Origin: Lytechinus pictus
Lineage: Eukaryota
Reading direction: 5' to 3'
Assembly (NCBI RefSeq): GCF_037042905.1
Contig: NC_087252.1
Location: 23,128,001 to 23,192,000, forward strand
DNA: 64,000 nucleotides
The notes beneath the pieces are model-generated. The model worked only from the letters and a program-made list of their open reading frames with translations, was not told the DNA's origin and made no database searches. Below, piece after piece: positions 23,927-36,268 of this stretch. Numbering within the stretch: position 1 is the stretch's first letter; the number at the start of each line of letters is the position of its first letter. A program made the position numbers and the translations under genes.

Positions 23927-25041
23927 CCCAGGACTAAAATCCGGTTGAAACCAATTAGATCAAAACCAATTGAAACCAGTTGGCCAACTGGTTTTAATAG
24001 TAAAATTGGAACAACTGGTTCCAATTGAAACCAGTTGCCAATTGGTTCCAGTTAAAACCAATTGGGAAACTGCATGGAACCAGTTGGCAATTGGTTTCCA
24101 GTTGAAACCAATTAGGCAACTGCATCTCAGTTGGTTCTAGTTGTTCCAATTTCCCTATTAAAACCAGTTGAATCCAATTGGAGGCAACTGGTTTCAATTG
24201 GTTCCAGTTGAAACCAATCATGCCAATTGGAGGCAATTGGTTCCAATTGAAACCAATTGGTTTCAAAGTGGAACCATCAGTTGGAACTTCCAGTTGGAAT
24301 GAACTTAATTAGTTACAAATTATTTAGCTTTTTTACTAACTATTGCTCATGCCAACACAGAAGCATGGTTTTCTATTAATACCAATGTAAAGGGCATTGA
24401 TAAAATTTAGACTCTCATGATAAGGAGCTTCGAATATATGTATTAGTGTATTTGATGTAATCTGGTAACAGTTAGTGGTGTACTAATTATCTTTTAATCT
24501 GTTAAAATTATTAATCTATAATATTTCTGAACATGGTTTTCACTGCTAACTATTTTACACATTTATCTTAAACAAGTAAGGCACTTGAGAATAAAAATAA
24601 ATTAATAGATATATTCTAAAGGATGAATCACATAAAATATTAATCTGTACACATTGGCAGATAATATGCAAATTAACTGGTTTCAATTGGATCCAGTTGG
24701 GTAACTGGAAAAGTTTCCAATTGGAAACCAATTGGAAGTCATTTCCAGTTACCAACTGGATCAAGTTAGGATTTCCAGTTACCCAACTGGTTCCAGTTAG
24801 GATTCCCAGTTATCCAACTGGTTCCAATTAGAAGTCATTACCAGTTGGAAGTCATTTCCAGTTACCCAACTGGTTCCAGTTAGAAGTCATTTCCAGTTGG
24901 AAGACATTTCCAGTTACTCAACTGGTTCCAGTTGCCCAACTGGTTCCAATTGGTTTCAATTGGAAATTGTTACATTCCAGTTAAAAACCAATTGAAACCA
25001 GTTAGAAATCCAACTGGTTTCAATTGGATTTTGGTCCTGGG
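23927..25041. mobile_element. EnSpm/CACTA-like non-autonomous element inserted in a Harbinger-like MITE
   Basis: TIR cccaggac(t/c)aaaatcc, 2-bp TT TSD, dense subterminal aaccaattg/ccagttg repeats; host MITE halves at 23803-23926 and 25042-25069. Confidence 0.75.
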
Positions 25042-25706
25042 TTGCAAGTCCTTTATGAAACGGGGCCAGAATAATGGGAGAAAAATATTGATGATTGAAG
25101 GTTTGATGAAAATCCACGACTGTATAGGAGTTATGAATTTTTATGTTTCAGCCCCCCCCCCATACGTTATGAGATTTTTTTTTAATGGAATACAGTGAAT
25201 AAAACATGTTCTTACAGAAGGGGGTATGAATAAATGTATCTGATGATATTCACCGTGCAAATAAAATCACTTTCATTGGTGGGGGAAAAAAAATCATTTT
25301 CTTTGTAGGGGCCGGGACGGGGGATTTGATACCACATTATATCGAGCGACTTCTCGTCTGTGACGTCACAAAATGAAAACTTCAATTTTTTTTCATAATT
25401 CTTCTGGTGGATTTTCATTAAACCTTCGCTGATATCTCTAATTCTTCTGCTTTTATTAAAACATACTTCTAGCCATGGACATATTCTCTTATCTCTGCTC
25501 ATGCCTCTTCCGTTTGTTTTTTACTAACTCAAGCTCGTAATCGGGGGGGGGGGGGGGTGGGTGGTTTGATTGAACCACCTTCCCCCCCAAAAAAGGTTCT
25601 GGACTATTCCAAACAATTTTGACTCGATGACTTTTCCCCGTCTAATTTTTCAGAGCAAATGGCCCATAACAGTTTTTACTGATGTTTTGTTAATATTTGT
25701 TATTAT

Positions 25707-27409
25707 TAGGAGTGGGCTATACATGGGTCAAAAATACTTTTTTTTGTAATTTCAATATGACAACAGTTTTTTTTTATTCCTTGTAATGTATCTCAACATG
25801 AAATGACAATATTTTTTGTCTCAGGTCCGAGAAAAAAGTGTGCCGGGCCAAAATCCAAAATGGCCGCCAAAACCCCCCAAAATCACAGTTTTGGCCACAA
25901 TTTTTTTATTTGGTGGTAAATTTCTCTGGTTTTGGTGTCTGGTTTTGGGGCAGGCAATTTGTTTTTCCTATAATTAGTACTTTTAAACCATTATTTGTAG
26001 AGTTAAAAGGTAATTATACCTAAATTTTCCCATTTTTGTAGCCGGCCTTTTTCAGCCAAAAAGTAGGTTTTAACATCCTGGGGTTCTGGGATATTAGATG
26101 GTACGAGGTCGACAATAGCAAATCGCTTCATATAGCTATATTGCTTTGATTCCTCCACTTTGGGTTTTACGGATATTTGTGAAATATATCTTATTAAATA
26201 AAAAAATGTCAATTATCCATTGGGGCTATACAGTATACATATGTACAATGTACTGTACATACATACTGCACTGCATAAATGCATTGGCCACCATGACAGA
26301 TAACAAGGCTTGTATAAACTATAGTGTCATAGAAATGAGCTCTCAGGTTTAGAATTAGATGCCTCAGAAATTGAAGATATGTTTTGTCTCAGAAATTGAG
26401 GACATGTTTTGTCAAATATGCTAATTCAGGGGGCGGAGAGAGGTAATTTACACTGTAGCTATTCTGGGCCCCGTTGCATGAAAATTTACCATTATGTTAA
26501 GTTAACTTAATGGTAACTTGCATGCAATCCTTTATTCTGATTGGCTGTTGATCAGCGTTACCATGATACTAGTAGTTACCTGACCCCATAAACATAGGCC
26601 CAGGCAGTTAGACACCAGAACCAGGTTTCTAAAAAAGCCTCCAAATGAAGGAAAAAAAATGTGATGTACGCCATGTATACTATGTGATATTTACATGTAA
26701 GTTTAATTTACGTTACTGGTTTCACCATGTACATCAGCTAACAAGGAATCAAATTCACAATATAATTCTAAACCTTTGAAGCTCATTTCTATGACACTAT
26801 AGTTTATATATACAGGCCTTGTCATATGCCATGGTGGTCAATGCATGGATATATGCAGTGTAGTATGTACAGTGCATTGTACACCGTATAGCCCCTATGG
26901 ATAAATGACATTTTCTTTTATTTGATAAGATATATTTCACAAATATCCGTAAAACCCAAAGTGGAGGAATAAAAGCAATATAGCTACATGAAGCTGCTTG
27001 CTATTGTTGACCTCGTACCATCTAATATCCCAGAACCCCAGGATGATAAAACCCACTTTTTGGCTGAAAAAAGGTTACAAAAATGGGAAAATTTAGGTAT
27101 AATTACCTTTTAACTCTACAAATAATGGTTTAAAAGTACTAATTATAGGAAAAACAAATTGCCTGCCCCCAAAAACATATGAATATGAGACACCAAAACC
27201 AGAGAAAATGACCACCAAATAAAAAAGTTGTGGCCAAAACTGTGATTTTGGGGGGTTTTGGCGGCCATTTTGGATTTTGGCCCGGCACACTTTTTTCTCG
27301 GACCCGAGACAAAAAATATTGTCATTTCATGTTGAGATAAGGTAAAAGGAACACAAAAAAACTGTTCCCACAGTAAAACCAAAAATCACCCATTTGTAGC
27401 CCACTCCTA
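25707..27409. mobile_element. Foldback-type element with inverted arms of about 650 bp
   Basis: taggagtgggcta / tagcccactccta termini; arms at about 25707-26355 and 26765-27409 (mirror ORFs MCRAKIQNGRQ on both strands); flanked by ttattat. Confidence 0.85.
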
Positions 27410-27791
27410 TTATTATTTTTAATATTATTATTTTTTTTTTTGGGGGGGGGTGTCAATTCTTTTCAGCCGAGGAACAGAAGAAACCAAAGGCTGTACTTTA
27501 TCACATGAGTGGCGATATCTATTTTGAGAAGAAATTGCAAGTCGAAAAGTAGGACTGTCTAATGTCTAAATTTCAAGCATTTCCAAGTAATTCCCATCAT
27601 CATTATTCTCATACGAATATCAAACTCATCTCTTCACCTTACTTCAAAAATTATTATTACAATCAACATTCATCATCCCTATTATTTTTAGTGATTTTCT
27701 ACACTACATGTACTTGAATTCCTAATTTTTCTCTCTATTATCTCTTACTCCTTCTTTCATTTGTTTCCCCTTCTTAGCTCATTTCTTCTCC

Positions 27792-27811
27792 CTACTACCA
27801 CTACCACTTCC

Positions 27812-27842
<31 letters not shown>

Positions 27843-27902
27843 AAACTACTTCTACTTCTACTACTACTACCACCACTACTTCACTACTAATACTGCTGCT
27901 AC
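27792..27902. repeat. (CTA/CCA)n microsatellite
   Basis: Trinucleotide array. Confidence 0.9.
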
Positions 27903-29906
27903 TCAGAAAGACACAACATAATGCATAGAAAATAAGCATGAATATGCTGCCAAATTTATTCTTCTTTCCATAAATCTTGTTGAAAAACCAGTTGTTACTA
28001 TTTAAACAACTCACCAAATTAATAAAATCTATAAATTCATTACACAATCTATCAAAATAGTACATCATATAAATCATCAAAATGTTCTTTTTTGCATACA
28101 TTATAATCATCATTCAAGTAGAAAAAATATGAAAAAGCTGCTTTAAAAGTAACTGAATAATCATACATGTATCACACTAATAAATCAATTTTCTGTCTAT
28201 TCTGGCACATACATTTTCATTGTTGGATTTGGGAAATATATTGCAAAGGAAAAAGAATCCCTTAAAATTCTGAATCCATTTTTTTTTCGTGGGGGGGGGG
28301 GGGGGGGGTGGTAAATTCACATTTTTGTAATTTTCTGTCAAACATTCCGTTATGAACAATGAAAGAAATTGCCATCTTCTGTTTTACGATGCCATCATTC
28401 TCTCCATATCTAACTTTTTTTCAAATCCCTTATATATATATAAGTAAACTTGACACCACACCTTTATTTTGTAAAAAAAATAATATCATATCCATAAGTA
28501 ATTAAACAAATTAAGAAAAATACATTCATCTACAAAATAATAATAAGGTATTTGTATAGTGCACATATCCACCTAGTTAGGTGCTCAAGGCGTTCCTATA
28601 TCACCATGGATAAGCTTGTCTATCAATTGTTTCTCGCAGCTTTTCAGGAATATCTTTCCTGCCAATACCATGCATTTCCCTCACCTGGGTTGAGTGCAGC
28701 ATATGAAATTAGGAAAGACCTTGTAATTGCCTCAACCCTGTAAAATCTAAAGATCTCAACCATATATCGCCTAAACAACCAAACTCGGTAAGCACTTTAA
28801 TTAATAGCCTGTGTGTAAACTTAAAATTTGCATTGTAAGATTTAGGATAACATTATCAATCTTAATACTTTGCATAGCAAAAATGTGTATTTTTTCACAT
28901 ATAACAATTTAAATATTTCTTTGTCAATTCCAGTTGTTATAAGTTATGAAAATGAATAATCCAATTTGTCATATATCTTATTTAAAAGCTAAATATATAC
29001 ATAATTTGGTTCGAACTCTGAATTTGTGATGCAATTTGTGCCTTTTGATCATTTTTTTTAATTCAAAAGTATTCCAAGATTTAGGATATAACTTTAACTT
29101 CATTAATCTGATGGGGAATATGAGGAAAATGGTCTGGAAACAATATATTTTGTACAAAAAGATGTCAATATTAACATGGGATGTGTCATAAAAAAAGTCA
29201 TGATGAATTCTGAATGGTGAACAACTGTGTTGCATAGTTATTGCCAAAATCGTCAAGTGGAGGGGAGGCAGTCAATTCGCTGTCCCGGTCATTTTTTCAA
29301 AGATTAAATCCCATGTAGCTGTAATAAATTCAATGAATTCATCTATGACCTTCCCAGAAGTATTTCCAATCGATCAGCATTTGATCAATTGACGACATAC
29401 TTTCCTGCTAAACAACAACAAAATATTTCATTTACATTGAACACACGATGCTAATATTTCAGAAAAAATTAACATACATACATGTACTTCTTAATATAGC
29501 TCTAATAAATCTTATGTTTCTTACTTTATAATAGATCCATATACTTTATTTAAACATTATGGCCCAAATTCACGAAGGTGGTTTTAAAAATCCAAGGTTG
29601 AATCCATGGCTTATGCTGATTTCCTGTATAAATTACGCTTACATTAGCGCGTATCGGGCACGTGTATGAAAAATGTCCATTGCTGATGCACGCTTTTGTC
29701 ACAGTGCGCCAAATTGACGCATGTTGCCATAGTTAGATACGTCATTTTATTCATGAGTCCACTGTTTGAAGAGTGGACTCATGAATAAAATAGCGTGGAT
29801 ATCCACGGCAACAGGCGTCAATATGGCACACTGTGACAAAAGCGTGCATCAGCACTGGACATTTTTTATACACTGCCCGATACGTGCTAAATTAAGCGTA
29901 ATTTAT

Positions 29907-31452
29907 GGGGACATCCTGATATTCCGCAGGTCCGATAGTCTGCGGGTCCGTTAGTCCACGGGTCCGATAGTCCGCAGTGTGTGTAAAATTATGATCAGGA
30001 TATCCTGGATGTAGTGAGATCAAATGTCGAGCGGTCAAAAGGTCAAATGATACGAGACCATGGGGTTCTATCAGGCACGGATCCATAAAATGGCAAAGGT
30101 AAAAACGGCAGACATTACGTCAAACCCCCGTTTGGAGAAAGACCGCAGTTCAGATTGCAAACTGCGGTTCTATACCCCATTTTGCGTTTGTAAATCCCAA
30201 AATCATTTCCAAGCCCAGGGGGCCGTTTCATAAAGCTGTTCGTAAGTTAAGAGCGACTTTAAGAACGACTGGTGATCCTTTCTCGCGCGCTAAATCATCG
30301 CCAATGGTGTGTACCATTTACCGCAAGTCAGGATCACCAGTCGCTCTTTATTTATGAACAGCTTTATGAAACACCCGCCTGATCAACCCCGCTAGGCCAG
30401 GTAATCCCCGCTGTCTCAATTTTACCTCCACAGGCCAGATTATGAGCGTTGAGCCAAGGACGAAATGATAAACAACAGCTGTGCTATTATGTAAGACTTC
30501 TCTGCCTGTAGTAGGACCTTCGGAATGAAATTATTGTATTCGATATTTAATCACGTTTTCAAAGGCATATTGTATTCAGAAATCCAATGTTAGTCCATTT
30601 TCAATTTCGAACGAAGAAAATTGACCTCGAAATAAGGAAAGTAAGTGAATTAAAATGACGGCATGCTTTGCAGGGACCGTCGCTCAGGCTGTTGTGTTAT
30701 CTTCGGACCAAGGTCAAGAAACAGGTGTTTTGATACTTAAATTGCTTGCTTGGGGCAGTTATGGTTTGTCGTACTTGGAGAAGAGAATTGATTGGGGGAA
30801 ACTGGGGTATAGTGTTCTCAAATGGAGGTTTTCGTCACGGAGGTATAAATGACAGAGGTAATAATAGCAGAGGTAATAATGGCAAAGGTAAAAATGACAG
30901 AGGTATACATGGTCAGTCTTAAACCCCCATGCGAAAAAATCAAATATTCCCTCCATGCATACAGTAGATTAATTAAGAAAGGTTCTGAGAAGAAAATTGG
31001 AATTATATTAATGTTTGACTAATGGAAAGGGTAACATTTTTAAATGATACTTTGGATCTTCTGCACAAAATTGTTAACACTTGAGCTGGTATTTCTTATT
31101 TTTTCCTGGACTTATATGCACGGCCTTCTCATTTCAAATCGCTCTTCTAATATTCAAATTTGAAGCACACTTTGGATCCCAAGTATTATACTTAATTCAT
31201 TAAAGGGGAAATTCATACTGACATAAAGTTTATTGTAGAAATAGCAGACAATAATCAAAATGATATTGGTGAGGCTATTAGAATTTTACATTTTAACGGT
31301 GACGTCATTTCCGAGCACTTTTTTCCACATATGGTGTAATAAAAAATATCTCACTATATTCTGATCATAATTTTACACACACCGCGGACTATCGGACATG
31401 CGGACTAACGGACCCGCGGACTATTGGACCCGCGGACTATCGGGCTGTAACC
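29907..31452. mobile_element. MULE/Merlin-like non-autonomous element (GG..CC ends, 8-bp TSD)
   Basis: TSD taatttat at 29899-29906 and 31453-31460; TIRs with tandem ggtccgatagtccgc repeats; contains MITE 30218-30380. Confidence 0.75.
30218..30380. mobile_element. Palindromic MITE family (other copies at about 36893-37088, 46775-47198, 54857-55030)
   Basis: cgtttcataaagctgttcgtaagttaagagcgactttaagaacgactggtga and its reverse complement. Confidence 0.8.
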
Positions 31453-32225
31453 TAATTTATACAGGAAATCTGCATAAACCATGGACTCAACCATGGATTT
31501 TCAAAACCACCTTTGTGAATTTGGGCCCATATTTGGTGCAACAAATGATACGATCCTCCACCACAGATAATTATAAAAACATGATAAAATATTCAAAACA
31601 GATGCACAGAATAATATACTAGTAGTACTGATCTAGAATACAGCTACTTATAAGTAACATGAAAAAAAAGTATGAACATAATATCCATACAGTGACATCT
31701 GGCTATTAAAATACCTTGAATATAACATGGACCTACCGAGGGTGATAACACTTCTGCGTGAAGGAATTTATGAAATTGTACCAAGGTAGAGTAATACATT
31801 GTAGGTCCATGAATATACAGCCTGTATTTGAAGAATTGATATAGGCATACATTCCAAACAATTACAATTGGATAATATATTCATACAAATTTTCCCTTTA
31901 CACACACACACACACACACCCTCACCCTGCACACACCTTAATAAAAAATGTATATTCTATCTGTTACCTAAAAACTTATCATAAGAAATATATGGAGGCA
32001 CATTGGTATTATAATGCAGTGAGAAAGATAAATGATTGTCATAACAATATGGTGTCATTTTTTAACTTAATATTTTGCTTTTTTATATGAAAGACATGTA
32101 TTTAAACAGAATAATAATGGGAGAATGGCTTCTTGGTTGTTATTTCGTTCTAATTTTATCATCATTATTTCTTTTGAGGGGAGGGGGGGGGGCTCATTTC
32201 AGAAATGGTCTGTTCAAAAGCCAAC

Positions 32226-32604
32226 TTAAAGTTCAAGTCCACCTCAGAAAAATGTTGATCTGAATCAACAAAGAACCATATAATGTTAAACAATTGTGAT
32301 TCCACATGTTCAGTGAGAAATAAAACTTTGTTTCACATGACAATTATGAGGAGAAAATTAAAACATTTCATATTTCATATAATAAAATATAAAAGAAAAA
32401 GTGAGTGAGTGATGTCATCAGTTCCCTCATTTGCATACCGACCGGGATGTGCATATAGCTATTATGTGAAAATAAGGGAAACTTTGAAATGTCGTAACTT
32501 TCTTATTTTACATGCGATTTTGATGAAATTTTCAGTGTTATGCTTGTTAGATTTTTCTCTTTTTATTCGAATCAGCTTTTTGTTGGGGTGGACTTGTCCT
32601 TTAA
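32226..32604. mobile_element. Kolobok-like non-autonomous element
   Basis: ttaa|ag..caagtccacc ... ggtggacttgtcct|ttaa; one end also at about 16060-16158. Confidence 0.7.
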
Positions 32605-33211
32605 GATGAAAAAAAAATAATGATGGTAACAAAATTGATACATAACTCTTGGTTCATTTTTGTGTATACTCATGTGTCATGTATTTTCTGATATCTTCGC
32701 AAAATATAACTATCAAGAAAGGTGAAAGGGTGGGGGGGGGGGGTGGATTTTATCAGATGGAGGGCTCCCAGACCCCACTGTTAGTCCAGTACTTCCAAAG
32801 GCAATGGGATCAATTGGTTCCAGGACTTGTTTTATAAAGAGTTCCAAGATTTGCCATTGGGTCAAATAGTATAACACAGATCAGCAGCCAATGAAAATAC
32901 AATAATGGCAAAGTTGCCATACTTGTAGTTGTAACTCTTTGTAAAACAGGTCCTGAGACAGTTATAATCATCTTCCCCACCCGCAAAGTAGGGACAGTGA
33001 TTTTACATCACACTGGTAAATCAAAAAAGAAAATTTGTTTGGTTGTTTACATTTTGTGCAAAAATTCACTGCATTTGCCTTTTCAAAATGGAATTCATGT
33101 TTCTGCTGTTTTCTTTTCCTATGACAAAAGAGAATTTCCATTTGAGGTTAGGTTTGAAATGGAATTTAAAGATTATCTGAAATGGTTAAGGGCCATTCAT
33201 TTAAATGGAAA

Positions 33212-33308
33212 GTCACTGTCTGAATTACAATCAGGCATCACAGTACCTGTAGTCCTGGATTCTATATTTTCCGTCAGTTCCAAGAGAAAAGTCCTGGATT
33301 GCAAATTC
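33212..33308 (-). pseudogene. Decayed LDLa pseudo-exon downstream of the CUB/LDLa gene stop
   Basis: Intact acceptor ctttatcatctccag|; reads ICNPGLFSW, frameshift, TDGKYRIQDYRYCD, frameshift, PDCNSDSD. Confidence 0.65.
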
Positions 33309-33994
33309 CTGGAGATGATAAAGATGAAAGCAGCGGGGACAGAAGGGGAGGAAAATAAGAAGAGAAAATGAAAGATAAATAAAAAAAAAATGATTTGAAT
33401 TAAAATGAACTGAAATGAAGAGACACTAGTGTAGGGAATGCCAAGCCCTCTGTCTCAAAAAATCAGTGATTTTACTGGAAATACTTTCTTTTATCTTTAA
33501 GCATTATGCAATCTTAACATCGGATGCACTACAAATGGTGTCTTCATCTCAGAAATTGAAGCAATTGAAATTTGGCAAGGTAATGAAAACAATAAAATCA
33601 CTGTTTATATAATTTGTCAATGTTTTGATGAAATCATACTACATATAGATTTTTTTTTCCATTTTGACTTCTACAGCTGTTACATCCAGAATTGCTTTCA
33701 AACTATGTAACTGGGTAATAAATGGTAATGGTTGCCAATTTGAGTGCAAAAGCTACCAATTTGAGGAGTTGGTTGAAAACTTTAAACCTTACAAAAGTTC
33801 AATCAATCATATCATTAGCTGCGTAACTGGGTATTGCCAATTTGAGGAGAATAGGTTGAATACTTTAAGCCTTAGAAAAGTCCAATCAATTATATAGCTA
33901 TGTATTAACTGGGTAATGAATGATATACGTTGCCAATTTGAGAAAAATTAAGGCTGCCCATTTGAGGAGAACAGTTGTATCATCATACCATAAA

Positions 33995-34113
33995 CTATGG
34001 GCAACTGATTTCATCTGAACCATCAAAACAATCAAGATATCCGTCGCACTCATAAAAGTCAGGGATGCAGTCTCCGTCATCGCATGTAAACTCATTACTG
34101 GCACATATTGGCG
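33995..34113 (-). CDS. CUB/LDLa gene last coding exon, LDLa ([38 protein letters not shown])
   Basis: ctttccag| acceptor; TAG at 33997-33995. Confidence 0.9.
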
Positions 34114-36236
34114 CTGGAAAGTATTAAGCAAAAAAAAAGATGGGATAAATTTCATTTCAATTTTTCTGCTATAGATTTCACAAAGGTCAGTGTACATAAA
34201 GGCATACATGTATAAGAAATACTCAATACAAGCATATAACACATATTATGACAATTATGTTCTCATAACACACTTTATATTGCAAATGCAATGAAAAAAT
34301 ACTAGCTAGCCCATAAAACACTGTCTATGTATGTTTCATGGGCTGCTCGGGGTATAAACTGGATTTTCATTTTTTTAAATCCCTATTATATCATAAACAA
34401 ATCCAGATAATCACAGGATGATGTTCTAGAGATGAATTATTTATCAATATGAAAAATGAAATTTACTTTCTTTTTATACTATTTTGAAAAATAATGGCCA
34501 TCTTTTTTAATTTGAAATATACAACAATACAGGACGCTATTTGAAAAACAATCATTGGATTGAAGAATGTTTTTATTTACAACTATGACATTTGCGAATT
34601 ATTTGCTTCAAATTTATACACAATCATTGAGGCATGTTTATGAATAAATACAGCGTTAAGAACCCACTGCACTAGCTATTCGTAAAAGAGTTAGGGGAAA
34701 CCTCAGTGTAGGGGCCCACCTGCACTCCCCCAATCAGTTACATCGGGAGAAGAGACCTGCATATTGACTCATTCCACGTTTTGCCTCCAAGGCACAGGTG
34801 ATTTCAAACAGATAATAATGATAATGAAAAATAAATATAACTTTTTTGGCCATGCTCGTGGCCTTTCGACCTGTCTCTCCCAGCCCTGCTAATGGCCTTT
34901 TGAAATAGAAAGGTTAATTACCTTCTACCACTGATAGTTGTATCTGGAAGCCATGGGCTTGGCCGTAGTATCCTGTATAGAGAGTAATGGCCATTGTATT
35001 GCCACTAGATATAATCTCAGACTGAGCATCGGTCAAACTCCTTCCATACGTGTAGCCAAGTGCTGTGATGAAATCGCTGGTTACCGGATGGACCTCGTGA
35101 TCGTTCGTGAAGAGGAGAAACGTCGAGTAGCTGACATTGAAATCTAATATCTGCGCCAACACAGCCATTCCTTCTGGCGCGGTGACGAGCGTCACCGTAA
35201 CATCGTTCGGGGGGTAGTCTCCGGGATAGTTGGGAGATGTGATGATGATAGGATCATTGGTCAAGGTATAACTCACTGAAAAGAATAATGTTATAAAAAA
35301 GATTTAACTTGGAATTTATTATACAATATTCATTATTACCCGTATCAGGCACCTGAGCTGGTCCTCTACAGAAACCATTTTGCCCTACATTTTCTGAATA
35401 TCTGGAAGAGATAGGTATAATGTTTTTATTTTTCTCAATCTCAATGCGTGTATTTACTTTGCATGCAGAGACAATGCAAATATACCTTTGTATTTTCCTG
35501 GTCTCACATCCGGGCATTTGAGGATGCATATGAAGAGATTCATATTGATCCACGCACCAACAATATACGTCAAAATAAAGACAACGTTCGATCCGGGGCT
35601 TGCAAGTACATCATAATGGCAAAGTGCAGAGCCCAGACCCTGATATCAACATGACACAATAGAACTCTATTTTTAAAAGAAATATCACCATTATCATGAT
35701 TTTGGCTCTAGATATCTGATTTGGATGATATTAATATTATTGACTGGCTCTTCTTTCGGGGAACATCAAATATATTGCCCACGTCTAAAGACTCGGGTCA
35801 CTATTATTTAAGTATACTCCCTCTCCCCCACATATTTGGGCAGCTTTATCTCAATACATCATCCAATGATATATTGCTCCATACACACAGTACAAAAAAC
35901 AAGATGGATAGATCATGTTTTTTTTCAGTTAAAGACCAAAGCTTTGGAATCAACTACCTATCCAATTATGCCAACTTTCATCAACTGAAACATTCAAGTC
36001 CTAACAGAAAACCTTCCCCCCCTCTCATTAATGATTTAACAGTTTACTACATTCAGGAATATTAAATCTAAAATATTTTATTCTTTTCAATTATTGTCCT
36101 TTTGAAGATTCACTTTCTTCAAGTGTCCATGATATGGAAAGGTGGAATTGTTCACCATAAAGTAGGCACTATTTTTATCATCATCATTATTGTTATTAGT
36201 GTTGTTATCGTTATTTTTATTATTTTTGTAATTATT

Positions 36237-36268
<32 letters not shown>

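Larger units (their letters stand above)
29561..31527. mobile_element. Palindromic Harbinger-like MITE interrupted by a nested element
   Basis: ggcccaaattcac...gtgaatttgggcc ends; symmetry centre near 29765. Confidence 0.8.

Noticed and set aside
23940..25030. CRISPR-like appearance of regularly recurring short motifs
   Set aside because: No constant-length repeats with unique spacers and no cas genes; these are subterminal repeats inside a TIR element in animal DNA
25838..27290. Duplicated ORFs MCRAKIQNGRQ on opposite strands, and the [10 protein letters not shown] pair at 39718 and 41067
   Set aside because: Chance ORFs inside repeated non-autonomous elements
27757..28113. Hydrophobic poly-Val ORF as a transmembrane exon for the CUB/LDLa gene (also the poly-Ile ORF 36102-36332)
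   Set aside because: Trinucleotide microsatellites without supporting splice signals
33690..33975. Short diverged repeats (gccaatttgaggag) just after the CUB/LDLa stop
   Set aside because: Ordinary degenerate minisatellite with no coding or structural signal
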